64,000 bases of DNA from a virus: the IMG/VR virus record IMGVR_UViG_3300042887_000976, positions 13,673 through 77,672 of that record; one strand, written 5' to 3'. The stretch's first letter is position 1, and every line of letters starts with the position of its first letter. Under the pieces are notes generated by a model. The model worked only from the letters and a program-made list of their open reading frames with translations, did not search any database and had not been told where the DNA came from. This document shows positions 63,778 through 64,000 of the stretch, one piece after another. The position numbers and the translations under genes were made by a program.

Positions 63778-64000
63778 ACAGGTGGTGCTGAAACCGCTGC
63801 TTCAACTACTAGGGTTCCAGATGATAGACAATCCCAATCACCTGCGGAATCTTGTACAAAAAGGTCAAATTGATATGAACCAGCAGGGACATTGTTGGCA
63901 TTAGAAATATGCAATTCTAGGGTTGCGCCAGCCGCTGGAGCCAAATAACCACGCTTGCTGGCTGGGGTCAGGGCAATAACAGTGTTTTCTGCGGGTGTGC
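63774..64000 (-). CDS. structural protein, C-terminal fragment (Ig/BppU-like; starts outside window)
   Basis: ...PAGSYQFDLFVQDSAG...GTLVV..; stop overlaps the next ATG. Confidence 0.55.
   Translation of the reverse strand, partial: TPAENTVIALTPASKRGYLAPAAGATLELHISNANNVPAGSYQFDLFVQDSAGDWDCLSSGTLVVEAAVSAPPV

Noticed and set aside
1-64000. tRNA genes, integrase, transposase, reverse transcriptase/DGR, stop-codon reassignment
   Set aside because: None seen. The intergenic gaps are short with no cloverleaf evident by eye, and long genes translate intact in the standard code.

Overview
This window is a gene-dense 64-kb segment of a large contractile-tailed (myovirus-type) phage that most likely infects Actinobacteria. 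The host call rests on a partial WhiB gene at the left edge (missed by the ORF track), leaderless promoters and PAKK-type tails. Almost all genes are on the minus strand. Reading right to left: tail fibre/collar genes, a putative endolysin, terminase large subunit, portal, scaffold, N4-gp56-type major capsid protein, neck, sheath, tube, tail chaperones, a tape measure carrying two cell-wall hydrolase domains, baseplate, and a small inverted plus-strand cassette containing Dps. Next comes a replication/recombination operon (HTH initiator with internal iterons, DnaC-like loader, DnaB, primase, SNF2, SSB, PolA, RecA, Cas4-like nuclease, two resolvase-like nucleases), then SpoVS, an array of small coupled genes, a degenerate TGT-like protein, and a putative early operon (sugar dehydratase, nucleotidase, DUF6378, WhiB). 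Most notable: (1) a translationally coupled array of otherwise unrelated small proteins sharing a 13-residue N-terminal tag, MxRGxDxxx[HN]PxR, possibly a virion-packaging signal on interchangeable cargo; (2) a twin-hairpin RNA with two anti-Shine-Dalgarno-like loops and its own promoter just upstream of terL; (3) a candidate +1 frameshift at CUU-UUA in the tail chaperone pair. All family assignments come from motif recognition by eye, not database searches. No tRNA, rRNA, CRISPR array or integrase was seen.
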